DNA of 36,273 bases from an archaeon (lineage in GTDB: Archaea > Aenigmatarchaeota > Aenigmatarchaeia > GW2011-AR5): NCBI GenBank assembly GCA_016191585.1, contig JACPVU010000034.1, positions 1-36,273 on the forward strand, written 5' to 3'. The position numbers and the translations under genes were made by a program. Shown one piece after another: positions 16,160 through 24,659 of this stretch (positions are counted from its first letter, which is position 1; the number at the start of each line of letters is the position of its first letter). Under the pieces are notes generated by a model. It did not search any database, had not been told where the DNA came from, and saw only the letters and a list, made by a program, of their open reading frames with translations.

Positions 16160-18295
16160 ATGAAAACAGAAATCGTAACAGTTGCTGTGCTTCTTGTTGG
16201 ATTAGTTGCACTATCAATGCTTCCTTCTAATCATATCAGTACAGAAGACAAGCTGAAGAAATTTGCTTCTTACGATGAGTTAAAGAGCTTCATAAAGGAA
16301 AACAGCGAAAATTACATGGGCAACTATTACGGCGTCGGCATGATGGAAACACGCGCCTTAGCTGCTGATGCTGGAAATGCACCTGTTGCAGCTAGCGCGC
16401 AAAAGGCCACAGATTTCTCCACTACAAACGTTCAGGTCCGGGGTGTTGACGAGGCTGATATAGTAAAAAATGACGGAAAATACATCTATGTCGTTTCCGG
16501 CACCAAGGTTGTTATTGTTGACGCTTTTCCAGCTGAAAACGCAAAAATACTCTCGGAAATTGAGTTGAATACAACGCCGAGAAATATCTTCATAAATAAC
16601 GACAAACTCGTTGTTTTTGGCGACGAATATAATTCTTATCCTTATGTAGGTGTTCAGGAAAAAATAGGTGTCCAGGAAAGTATGATAGCCAGACCATACC
16701 CATATTATAATTCTGCTTCGTCTTACATAAAAGTCTATGACGTTTCAGACAGAACAAATCCGGTTCTTGCGAAAAACCTGTCCGTAGACGGCAACTATTT
16801 TGATTCAAGGATGATAGGAGATTATGTCTATACGATAATAAACCAGCCTGTTTATACATACGGCGATGTCGTACCACTGCCTGTCGTGAGGCCATTTACC
16901 ACTCAAAAATTCCCGGACATATACTATTTTGACGTTCCTGACAGGTCTTACAACTTTGTCAATATTATAGCCGTCAATGTCAATAACGTGAATGAAGATC
17001 CAACTGTGAAGACGTACATGCTGCCTTATTCACAGAACCTGTTCGTTTCGGCAAATAACATCTACCTTTCATATACAAAGTGGCTCGACCAGACGTATTT
17101 CTTCGACAAGTTTGTTGACGAAGTAATAATACCCGTAGTGCCTTCTGAAGTGGGAAGAACTGTCAGCGAAATCAGAAATACTAATGATACTAAGGCAGAA
17201 AAAATGAACAAGGTAATGAAAATTATAGAAGACTATGCCAACAACCTGGATCCCGAGGAAAAAGCAACCCTCGGAAAAGACGCACAGGACAGGATGCTGA
17301 AATTCCAGAAAGAGATCGCAAAGCAGCAGGAATCGACGATCATTCATAAAATAATGCTTAACGGAAACGAGATAAAATACGAAACCCAGGGAAGCGTTCC
17401 CGGTCATGTGCTGAACCAGTTCTCGATGGACGAATATAATAATTATTTCCGCATAGCAACTACAGGCGGCGACTGGCAGAGCCAGACAAACAACCTTTAC
17501 GTCCTCGACAGCGGCATGAACACTGTAGGCAAAGTAGAAGACCTGGCGCCTGGTGAAAGGATATATTCAGTTCGTTTCATGAGTGACCGTGCTTACATGG
17601 TTACTTTCAGGCAGGTTGACCCGTTGTTTGTTATCGACTTGAAGGAGCCGTCAACACCGAAAGTTCTGGGTTTCCTCAAGGTTACAGGAGTTTCTGATTA
17701 CCTGCATCCTGTTGATGAAAATCACATTATAGGAATAGGAAAGGAAGCGACAGAACAGGGCCGTTTCCTTGGCCTGAAGATGTCGCTGTTTGATGTGACA
17801 GACGTGCAAAATCCGAAGGAAATATCAAAGATAATCATAGGAGACCGCGGGACAGATTCTTACGCACTGCAGGACCACCATGCATTTTTGTTCAACAAGG
17901 ACAAGGGATTGCTTGTATTGCCTGTACTGCTTGCAGAAATAAAAAACAATAACGGAAATCCTGACTGGCAATATGGTGAATACATATGGCAGGGCGCATA
18001 CGTATTTGGCTTTTCCGTCGACACAGGCTTCACGCTGCGCGGAAAGATAACGCACGCTGTTTCAGGCAATGAGGCAGATTACGAATCATACTGGGGATCG
18101 AATTCAGTAAAGCGCAGCCTGTATATGGGCAATGTCCTTTACACGTTGTCAGACAAAATGATAAAGATGAACATTCTTGACACACTAGAAGATATAAACA
18201 AAATAAACCTGCCATATACAGAAGAGCAATGGATTGACGTCGTGCTAAGAACAGAACCTGCTATAATGACAGTACCCATTATGGAGACGTTGTAG
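16160..18295 (+). CDS. Secreted or membrane-anchored beta-propeller domain protein (COG4880 / Beta_propel-like)
   Basis: N-terminal TM segment VAVLLVGLVALSML. TTNVQVRGVDEADIVKNDGKYIYVVSG and the later ...MSDRAYMVTFRQVDPLFVIDL... blocks are typical of this archaeal family. Confidence 0.7.
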   Translation: MKTEIVTVAVLLVGLVALSMLPSNHISTEDKLKKFASYDELKSFIKENSENYMGNYYGVGMMETRALAADAGNAPVAASAQKATDFSTTNVQVRGVDEADIVKNDGKYIYVVSGTKVVIVDAFPAENAKILSEIELNTTPRNIFINNDKLVVFGDEYNSYPYVGVQEKIGVQESMIARPYPYYNSASSYIKVYDVSDRTNPVLAKNLSVDGNYFDSRMIGDYVYTIINQPVYTYGDVVPLPVVRPFTTQKFPDIYYFDVPDRSYNFVNIIAVNVNNVNEDPTVKTYMLPYSQNLFVSANNIYLSYTKWLDQTYFFDKFVDEVIIPVVPSEVGRTVSEIRNTNDTKAEKMNKVMKIIEDYANNLDPEEKATLGKDAQDRMLKFQKEIAKQQESTIIHKIMLNGNEIKYETQGSVPGHVLNQFSMDEYNNYFRIATTGGDWQSQTNNLYVLDSGMNTVGKVEDLAPGERIYSVRFMSDRAYMVTFRQVDPLFVIDLKEPSTPKVLGFLKVTGVSDYLHPVDENHIIGIGKEATEQGRFLGLKMSLFDVTDVQNPKEISKIIIGDRGTDSYALQDHHAFLFNKDKGLLVLPVLLAEIKNNNGNPDWQYGEYIWQGAYVFGFSVDTGFTLRGKITHAVSGNEADYESYWGSNSVKRSLYMGNVLYTLSDKMIKMNILDTLEDINKINLPYTEEQWIDVVLRTEPAIMTVPIMETL

Positions 18296-18613
18296 TTATA
18301 AGAAATTCTTCATTCTTGCATATATCTTCTTCGCTTTTTTTAATTCGTCAATCCCTTTTTTCGTGATCATGTAGTATTTTCTCTCTGGCCCGCCGGATTT
18401 CTCTGTTCTAGCTGCTTTAACGTATCCATCCATCTGCAGACGCTTTAGTATTATGTACGCGGTCATGTTGCCTGGATAGAAATCAAATACCTTCTCTATC
18501 TTTTCATTTATCTCGTATGCGTACAGCTTTTCTTTCTTGAGCAGCGACAATATGTATATCCACAAGTTGTCGTTTGTAAGGCTTTTCTTGAATCTTTCAG
18601 ACGGTGATGACAT
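18296..18613 (-). CDS. PadR-family winged-helix transcriptional regulator
   Basis: 105 aa. LWIYILSLLKKEKLYAYEINEKI...AYIILKRLQMDGYVKA...ERKYYMITKKG fits PadR. Confidence 0.8.
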   Translation of the reverse strand: MSSPSERFKKSLTNDNLWIYILSLLKKEKLYAYEINEKIEKVFDFYPGNMTAYIILKRLQMDGYVKAARTEKSGGPERKYYMITKKGIDELKKAKKIYARMKNFL

Positions 18614-18635
18614 GAAGAATAGATGCCATTTTTAG

Positions 18636-18644
18636 TTTAAATAA
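18636..18644. promoter_or_regulatory. TATA-box-like TTTAAATAA in the 52-nt padR / 18666 divergent intergenic region
   Basis: It lies 22-30 nt from both start codons (18613 minus strand, 18666 plus strand), consistent with leaderless archaeal transcripts. Confidence 0.4.
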
Positions 18645-18665
18645 ATTCGAAAACTGAAGAATAAC

Positions 18666-18908
18666 ATGTCAAAACGAGAAAGCTTTGATGAATATGTCAA
18701 CAAGAGGAGAAAGGAATGTGCTGCTGCAGGATACCACCTTAAGATATTAGAAACGCCAAACTACTCTTCGCCGCCCGGGATGTATCGACTTTGCACTCAT
18801 TGCTGTACTAATCTCGGAGAAAGAAGCCTTACCGATAAAGAATGGGATGAAATCAACAAATTCAGTCAATCGTATCGTAATGATGTTTTTGGGTACGCTA
18901 GTTCATAG
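18666..18908 (+). CDS. Hypothetical small Cys-containing protein
   Basis: 80-aa ORF transcribed divergently from padR. It shares the TTTAAATAA box at 18636-18644. Confidence 0.4.
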   Translation: MSKRESFDEYVNKRRKECAAAGYHLKILETPNYSSPPGMYRLCTHCCTNLGERSLTDKEWDEINKFSQSYRNDVFGYASS

Positions 18909-18912
18909 ATTT

Positions 18913-19485
18913 TTATTTTACATTCTCGCCCTTAGGGCCGCTTTTGAATTCAGGCAGTTTCATGATTTCAAGCGCAGCTTTCATGAAGGCCGCATCCTTT
19001 TTGCCTTCTGCCAAATTCAGGTCGTCTATAAGGTCGTCTTTGTTGCCGGACGCTGCAAATTTTAACGCACTCGACATAGCGTCACTAATAAAAATATCGT
19101 CTATACCTGATCGTTTCTTTGTGAAAATATCTATTTTTCCATCTTTGTGTATATCACCGAAGTAGAAGCAATCAGCACCCTTTCTTATTATAGACAGGTA
19201 TGAAATTTCTTTACCGTAAACCGTACCTTCAAATGATTGCATTAAATATTTGTTTTCAAGAACGGCTTCTCTGGAGTTGTATGTTATACCGTCTATAGTC
19301 ATACCGGAAGTTTGTCCATAAGTTTTAACAAAAATGTCAAGCTGTTTCATCAGTGCTGCAGTTGTATCCGACAGCGTATAGTTTATTTCTTCCGGATTTC
19401 TGGGTATTTCTGCTTTTGTCACTTCATCGGTAACTAAAAACAGTGCTGCTGCTCCTGCAAATAAAGGAACAATGTATTTTTTCAT
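18913..19485 (-). CDS. Hypothetical secreted protein
   Basis: Signal-like N-terminus MKKYIVPLFAGAAALFLV. 190 aa. No family recognised. Confidence 0.55.
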   Translation of the reverse strand: MKKYIVPLFAGAAALFLVTDEVTKAEIPRNPEEINYTLSDTTAALMKQLDIFVKTYGQTSGMTIDGITYNSREAVLENKYLMQSFEGTVYGKEISYLSIIRKGADCFYFGDIHKDGKIDIFTKKRSGIDDIFISDAMSSALKFAASGNKDDLIDDLNLAEGKKDAAFMKAALEIMKLPEFKSGPKGENVK

Positions 19486-19520
19486 AAGAAGGCTATCTCA
19501 TTAAAGTTTTTAAAGTTGGT

Positions 19521-19814
19521 TTATTGATGAAATAGCGACACGGCAAAAACGTATTCCAGATGCTCGTTAGAATTGTTCTTGATGTTGTGACATTTGTTTT
19601 CTTCTATATAGTATATTTCACCCTGCTTGATTTTTATTTTAAATTTTTCTTTTATCAGGATGCCGCTGCCTTTCAGTACAATAATGACTTCTTCCCTTGA
19701 ATCTGTTCTGTGTTCGCCTATTTCCTCACCCGGTTTTAGACATACTCTTCCGCATTTCAATGCTTTGCTTTCTGGCGGTTTCACAATGGAGTCGTATTTC
19801 ATGATATTATTCAT
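19521..19814 (-). CDS. Cupin-domain protein
   Basis: 97 aa. LKPGEEIGEHRTDSREEVIIVLKGSG is a cupin motif-1-like block, and a second beta-barrel block YYIEENKCHNIKN follows. Confidence 0.65.
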   Translation of the reverse strand: MNNIMKYDSIVKPPESKALKCGRVCLKPGEEIGEHRTDSREEVIIVLKGSGILIKEKFKIKIKQGEIYYIEENKCHNIKNNSNEHLEYVFAVSLFHQ

Positions 19815-19872
19815 ACAAGAACGGATATATAAGCTATTTAAACTATTTTATGCTATAAAATAGCAGGTGTAT

Positions 19873-20961
19873 ATGGAAAAGGACATAAGGCTTGCAGTAA
19901 TCGGCGTCGGAAACTGTGCGAGCAATCTTATCCAGGGAATTCAATATTATAAAGACGTTACTGATTCTTCTGAGCGTGTGCCGGGTCTGATGCACAACAG
20001 CCTTGGCGGCTATCTCATAAGGCATATCAAACCTGTTGTGGCATTTGACGTTCACGCAGGCAAGGTCGGCAAAGACCTGTCAGAAGCGATATGGGTCCAG
20101 CCAAATAATACAGTAAAGATAGCCGACGTGCCCGAAACCGGTGTGATTGTCCAAAAAGCACCTGTGCTGGATGGTATAGGCGAATTCATGTCAAAAGTCA
20201 CTCCTATTGATCATAGACAGACGCCTGTTGACATTGCAAAGACATTGAAAGAAAATGACGTCCAGGTTGTCCTGAGCTTTCTGCCTGTAGGAAGTGCTGA
20301 TGCAACAAGATTTTATGCACAAGAAATCATGAAAGCCGGATGCGGGTTTGTTAACGCTATTCCTGAATTCATAGGCAGTAATGCTGAATGGGCAAAGAAA
20401 TTCGAAGAAGCGGGCGTGCCTGTTCTTGGTGACGACACAAAGGCGCAATTCGGATCAACAATAGTTCATCGCGTGCTTTCGAGACTGTGCGAGGAACGCG
20501 GTTCAACTGTAGATAATACTTATCAGCTGAACGTCGGCGGCAACACAGACTTTTACAATATGCTCGAGCGCACAAGGCTGACGAGCAAGAAGATATCAAA
20601 GACAGAAGCAGTCCAGAGCCAGTTCAGCAAAAAACTGCCTGACGATCATATTCACATAGGACCAAGCGATTACGTTCCATGGCTTAAGTCAAAAAAACTT
20701 GGTTTCATACGCATAGAAGGCCGCTTATTTGGTGACATACCTTTCAACATAGAATGCCGTCTTGATGTAGAAGACAAGGCCAACTCATCTGGTGTGGTCA
20801 TAGACTCAATAAGATGCGTGAAGCTCGCATTAGACCGTAACGTAGGCGGCACACTTATCTCGCCTTCGTCCTACTTCTGCAAGCATCCCCATCAGCAGTT
20901 CCCTGACTCGGTTGCAAGGCAGATGACCGAGGAATTCATCAGCGGCCAGAGGGAAAGGTAA
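19873..20961 (+). CDS. ino1: myo-Inositol-1-phosphate (inositol-3-phosphate) synthase
   Basis: IRLAVIGVGNCASNLIQGIQYYK matches the Ino1 NAD-binding N-terminus of the prokaryotic MIPS family. AGGTG lies 4-8 nt before the ATG at 19873. Confidence 0.85.
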   Translation: MEKDIRLAVIGVGNCASNLIQGIQYYKDVTDSSERVPGLMHNSLGGYLIRHIKPVVAFDVHAGKVGKDLSEAIWVQPNNTVKIADVPETGVIVQKAPVLDGIGEFMSKVTPIDHRQTPVDIAKTLKENDVQVVLSFLPVGSADATRFYAQEIMKAGCGFVNAIPEFIGSNAEWAKKFEEAGVPVLGDDTKAQFGSTIVHRVLSRLCEERGSTVDNTYQLNVGGNTDFYNMLERTRLTSKKISKTEAVQSQFSKKLPDDHIHIGPSDYVPWLKSKKLGFIRIEGRLFGDIPFNIECRLDVEDKANSSGVVIDSIRCVKLALDRNVGGTLISPSSYFCKHPHQQFPDSVARQMTEEFISGQRER

Positions 20962-21005
20962 GCATTTTAAGAAGATAATTCTTATCATTCTAATAAGGTG
21001 TGATA

Positions 21006-21878
21006 ATGGCAGACATGCTGAGTCATCTGGAAAACATGTTTGGCGAAGTAAGAAATTACATGCTTACGCAGGGTTACAAGTCTCTTGGAATTCTTGGCGC
21101 CAACGTAAAAGGGAGCGACGTTACCGCGAAGTTTGACCTCGAATCCGAGAACGTTGCAATAAACTACTGCAAAAAACATGGCCTACCCGTCCAGATATGG
21201 ACAGAGGAACAAGGAATAGTTGACGTTTCAAGAGATCCTAAATATATATTTATTTTTGACCCCTGCGATGGATCTACGAACTTCAAGAATGGAATAGAGG
21301 GAAGTGCATTCTCTGCGGCTTGTGTACCTTTCAGTAAGGAAGGAATAGCAAATCCAAAAGACGTTGTTTACGCCTTGATAGGAAGTGTGGTGTCAGGTTC
21401 TGTCTTGAAGGGCTCGAAAGGAAAAGGGGTGACTTATAAGGGACCTTTTAACGGATTCAAGAAAACAGTAGCGCATACGTCAAAAAATAGCAACATACAG
21501 GCGGCACGTATTGAGATAGACCTTGATTTTGGTCTTAATGAGGCTGCAGGAGTCACGACAGAAAAGACCAAGATGAAGAGAATACATCGCCTCATCACAA
21601 CTGGCATAAAGAACATACGAAGAAACGGTTCTGCTGCCATGGGTCTTAGCTACGTGCCAACAGGTGCGGTCAACGCTTATGTTGATGTGAGAGACCTTTC
21701 CACGCCTGAGAACTGGATGGCCGCCTACCTGCTGGTAAGGGAAGCGGGCGGCGTGTTCACGGACCCGTTCGGTAATGACATCGGAGAAGTGGATAACATG
21801 ACAAAACCATACAATTACGTTGCTTCAGGAAATAAAAAGATACACAGAACCATACTTGAAAGACTTGACATGGAGTGA
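21006..21878 (+). CDS. Inositol monophosphatase family protein (IMPase/FBPase-like)
   Basis: WTEEQG, FIFDPCDGSTNF (the DPxDGTxNF motif) and LLVREAGG. AAGGTG lies upstream of the ATG at 21006. Confidence 0.8.
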   Translation: MADMLSHLENMFGEVRNYMLTQGYKSLGILGANVKGSDVTAKFDLESENVAINYCKKHGLPVQIWTEEQGIVDVSRDPKYIFIFDPCDGSTNFKNGIEGSAFSAACVPFSKEGIANPKDVVYALIGSVVSGSVLKGSKGKGVTYKGPFNGFKKTVAHTSKNSNIQAARIEIDLDFGLNEAAGVTTEKTKMKRIHRLITTGIKNIRRNGSAAMGLSYVPTGAVNAYVDVRDLSTPENWMAAYLLVREAGGVFTDPFGNDIGEVDNMTKPYNYVASGNKKIHRTILERLDME

Positions 21879-21882
21879 TTAT

Positions 21883-22476
21883 ATGACACAATACAACAAA
21901 AAATATTTCAGTTCATTTTCAGTGAAAGTAGGAATGGCTTTCAGTAAAATACCTCTTTCTCCTAACCAGTGGACATCTATATCTATTGTACCCGCTATTC
22001 TGGGATTCATTTCTGCATTTTACGGAAATATTTTCATTGCTGTAATTCTTTTTGCAATAACGGCCTTTATAGATATAATAGATGGATCAGTCGCACGCGT
22101 AATCGGCCGCGTAACAACCAAGGGAGCTTACATATCAATGATCGCGGAGAGGTACGTAGAAATATTGATGATATTATCCGTATTATTTATAGGACTGCCA
22201 AATCTATACTTTCCGTTGAACTATTGGCTCATTGTACTTGTATTCGGTTCTGTAATGTCGACATACGTAAATTTTATTCATTCTGAAGACAAACTGAAAA
22301 AGAAGGAAGGATTTTTTATTCATGCCGAATGGCTTATTCTAATGTTTATAGTTTTCATAATATCCGTATTTTCTGACAAACTTTATGCCACGTATATAAT
22401 TGCTCTGATTGCCCTGCTTTCAAACCTTTCAGCTTTACATGGAATATATTATACATATAAATCAACGAGGGAGTAG
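21883..22476 (+). CDS. CDP-alcohol phosphatidyltransferase family protein with a divergent catalytic motif
   Basis: A multi-TM protein with DIIDGSVARVIGRVTTKGAYISMIAE. The first half of D(x2)DG(x2)AR...G(x3)D(x3)D is kept, but the last two Asp positions read S and E. Confidence 0.7.
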   Translation: MTQYNKKYFSSFSVKVGMAFSKIPLSPNQWTSISIVPAILGFISAFYGNIFIAVILFAITAFIDIIDGSVARVIGRVTTKGAYISMIAERYVEILMILSVLFIGLPNLYFPLNYWLIVLVFGSVMSTYVNFIHSEDKLKKKEGFFIHAEWLILMFIVFIISVFSDKLYATYIIALIALLSNLSALHGIYYTYKSTRE

Positions 22477-22478
22477 TC

Positions 22479-23312
22479 ATGAATAAAATAGACATGCTTC
22501 TTGTTGGCCATTATACACAAGATATAATTATAACTGCGGATGGCAAAAAACATGAAAAACAGGGCGGTCCACCATCTTATATGACACCATTTCTGAAGAC
22601 CGCTGAAATCAATTTTCGTATAATTTCTAAGATAGGCAAAGATTTTAGATACACACACAACTTGTATAATCCTATCACTGTTTGTGATACACCATCAACA
22701 TGCTGGTTTGCTGATTATACAAAAGCAGAAGTCATGATGAAATTTCTTTCTGTGTGTGAATCCATAAAGCCAGAGGAGATCAAAGACGATTGTACTATTG
22801 CACTAGCATGCGGTTGCGCTAACGAAATCCCACAAGAAACTATTTTAAAAATGCGAAACACATCAAAATTTCTTCTTTGTGACATTCAAGGTTTTTGTCG
22901 TCGCACGAAGGAAGACGGCACAATTTTTTATATCGATCCCATGAAAGATTGGTTCAATGATTATGCCCACTTGTTCGATTTTATTAAGATTAGTCTACCC
23001 GAGTCAAAGATTATTGATATCAAAACAATGAAAAAGAAGACAAATGTGATAATAACAAAAGGTGGACAAGGATGTACTATAATACCGAAGAATGACAAGC
23101 CTATAGATATCCCGACAATACCTCTCAAAGAAGATGATCCTACAGGCGCAGGCGATGCCTTCCTCGCAGGTTTTGCATACGGATTGTTGAAAAATAAATC
23201 AATGGAAGAATGCTGCCGCATGGGCAACTTCTTCGGTGGTTTGGCTGTTAAACATATTGGCGTGCCTAAGGTAACGAAAGAAGACCTAAAGAATATTTTG
23301 TCTTTTAAGTAA
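22479..23312 (+). CDS. PfkB/ribokinase-family carbohydrate kinase
   Basis: A GG dipeptide region (EKQGGPPSY) and the C-terminal DPTGAGDAFLAGFAYGL signature. It starts 3 nt after the previous stop. Confidence 0.8.
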   Translation: MNKIDMLLVGHYTQDIIITADGKKHEKQGGPPSYMTPFLKTAEINFRIISKIGKDFRYTHNLYNPITVCDTPSTCWFADYTKAEVMMKFLSVCESIKPEEIKDDCTIALACGCANEIPQETILKMRNTSKFLLCDIQGFCRRTKEDGTIFYIDPMKDWFNDYAHLFDFIKISLPESKIIDIKTMKKKTNVIITKGGQGCTIIPKNDKPIDIPTIPLKEDDPTGAGDAFLAGFAYGLLKNKSMEECCRMGNFFGGLAVKHIGVPKVTKEDLKNILSFK

Positions 23313-23335
23313 ATATAACGAGAAAAGTAATTTTT

Positions 23336-24088
23336 ATGAGAATACTGGGAATATACAGGGAAGCTAACACTGCCGGAAAGCCAGAAGCCGACATAAAGAT
23401 AGCAGATGCTGTTGCAGACGAACTCAGGATCAGGGGACATGAAGTCGTAATGACAGATAACCCAGAAACATACGACTTTGGTGAATTCAATATTATATTT
23501 TCAATGGCCAGAAACCCTTCAACTCTTGATATATTGGAAAAAGTGGAAGACAAAGGAATTAATGTTGTAAACTCGCCGAAGGCCATAAGACGATGTTTTA
23601 ACAGGAAATTTGTCTATGACATCATGCAACAGAACAAAATACCTCTTCCAAAAACAGAAGTACTTTCAATTGACGATGTTCCTGTTTTTTTCCCGATTGT
23701 GCTTAAGCGCATTGATACACACGGCAAATCTGGCGATACAGCTCTTGTGAAGAATGAACAGGAAATGCAGGAAACACTGGAAAGGTTCCAATCTATAGGC
23801 GTAAAGCACCTCATAGTACAGCATTTTATCGAAGGTACAAACGTGAAATTCTATGGCATCGGAGAAAAAGTATATCTCCCCGATTATGATGGTGAAGGAA
23901 AAGAAGATATGACGAATTTCGCAGGCAGGATTGCACGGCTGTTAGGAATGAACGTTTATGGAGGAGACATAATTTACAATGGTGATGTCTTTGTCATAGA
24001 CTTCAATGACTGGCCGTCTTTCAGTTCAATTCGCGAACAGGCGGCAAAAGATATAGCAGAGCTTATAGTCAACAAGATTAGTGAGTAG
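23336..24088 (+). CDS. Small ATP-grasp enzyme of unknown specificity
   Basis: 250 aa with an ATP-grasp layout: FPIVLKRIDTHGKSGDTALV, LIVQHFIEGTNVKFYGIG, GGDIIYNGDVFVIDFNDWPSF. Confidence 0.6.
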   Translation: MRILGIYREANTAGKPEADIKIADAVADELRIRGHEVVMTDNPETYDFGEFNIIFSMARNPSTLDILEKVEDKGINVVNSPKAIRRCFNRKFVYDIMQQNKIPLPKTEVLSIDDVPVFFPIVLKRIDTHGKSGDTALVKNEQEMQETLERFQSIGVKHLIVQHFIEGTNVKFYGIGEKVYLPDYDGEGKEDMTNFAGRIARLLGMNVYGGDIIYNGDVFVIDFNDWPSFSSIREQAAKDIAELIVNKISE

Positions 24089-24089
24089 C

Positions 24090-24659
24090 ATGATGGAAGA
24101 AAAATCACGCAGTAAAGTCAAAAAAATAGCTGACCGTGTGGGTTCAAAACTCGGAAGAATAGGTTTTACTCCAAATTCTCTCACATTTTTAACGCTTATT
24201 TCAGGTATTTTGGCCGCTTATGCGATATATACGGGGCACTTCCTGTATGGAATAATTTTGATACTGCTTTCAGGGGTTTTTGATTTTTTTGATGGTTCTG
24301 TGGCTCGTGCAATGAATAGAACAACAAAAATAGGTGCTATGCTGGATTCAGTTGTTGATAAAATAACAGAACTTTCCATATATTTTGGTATTGCATTATA
24401 CAATCCCGTATTATTCTTTCCAGCATCTCTTGCAATGGTCATGTTCATGCTTTCAAGTTACATAAGTAAACATGCAGGTGCAATAGGTGCAAAATCTGGC
24501 GGAGGATTCATGCAAAGAAAAGAAAGGATATTACTTCTCATAATTGGCATGATATTCTTTGACTACATGAGTTATATGCTCTATGTTATAGCGATGTTTT
24601 CTATCTTTACAGCTATTCAGAGATTATGGAGAACGGGAAAAATTCTAAGATGGAAGTAA
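24090..24659 (+). CDS. CDP-alcohol phosphatidyltransferase with a canonical motif (candidate archaetidylinositol-phosphate synthase type)
   Basis: DFFDGSVARAMNRTTKIGAMLDSVVDK is a complete D(x2)DG(x2)AR(x8)G(x3)D(x3)D motif. The protein is multi-TM. Its ATG at 24090 follows directly after the ATP-grasp stop. Confidence 0.8.
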   Translation: MMEEKSRSKVKKIADRVGSKLGRIGFTPNSLTFLTLISGILAAYAIYTGHFLYGIILILLSGVFDFFDGSVARAMNRTTKIGAMLDSVVDKITELSIYFGIALYNPVLFFPASLAMVMFMLSSYISKHAGAIGAKSGGGFMQRKERILLLIIGMIFFDYMSYMLYVIAMFSIFTAIQRLWRTGKILRWK

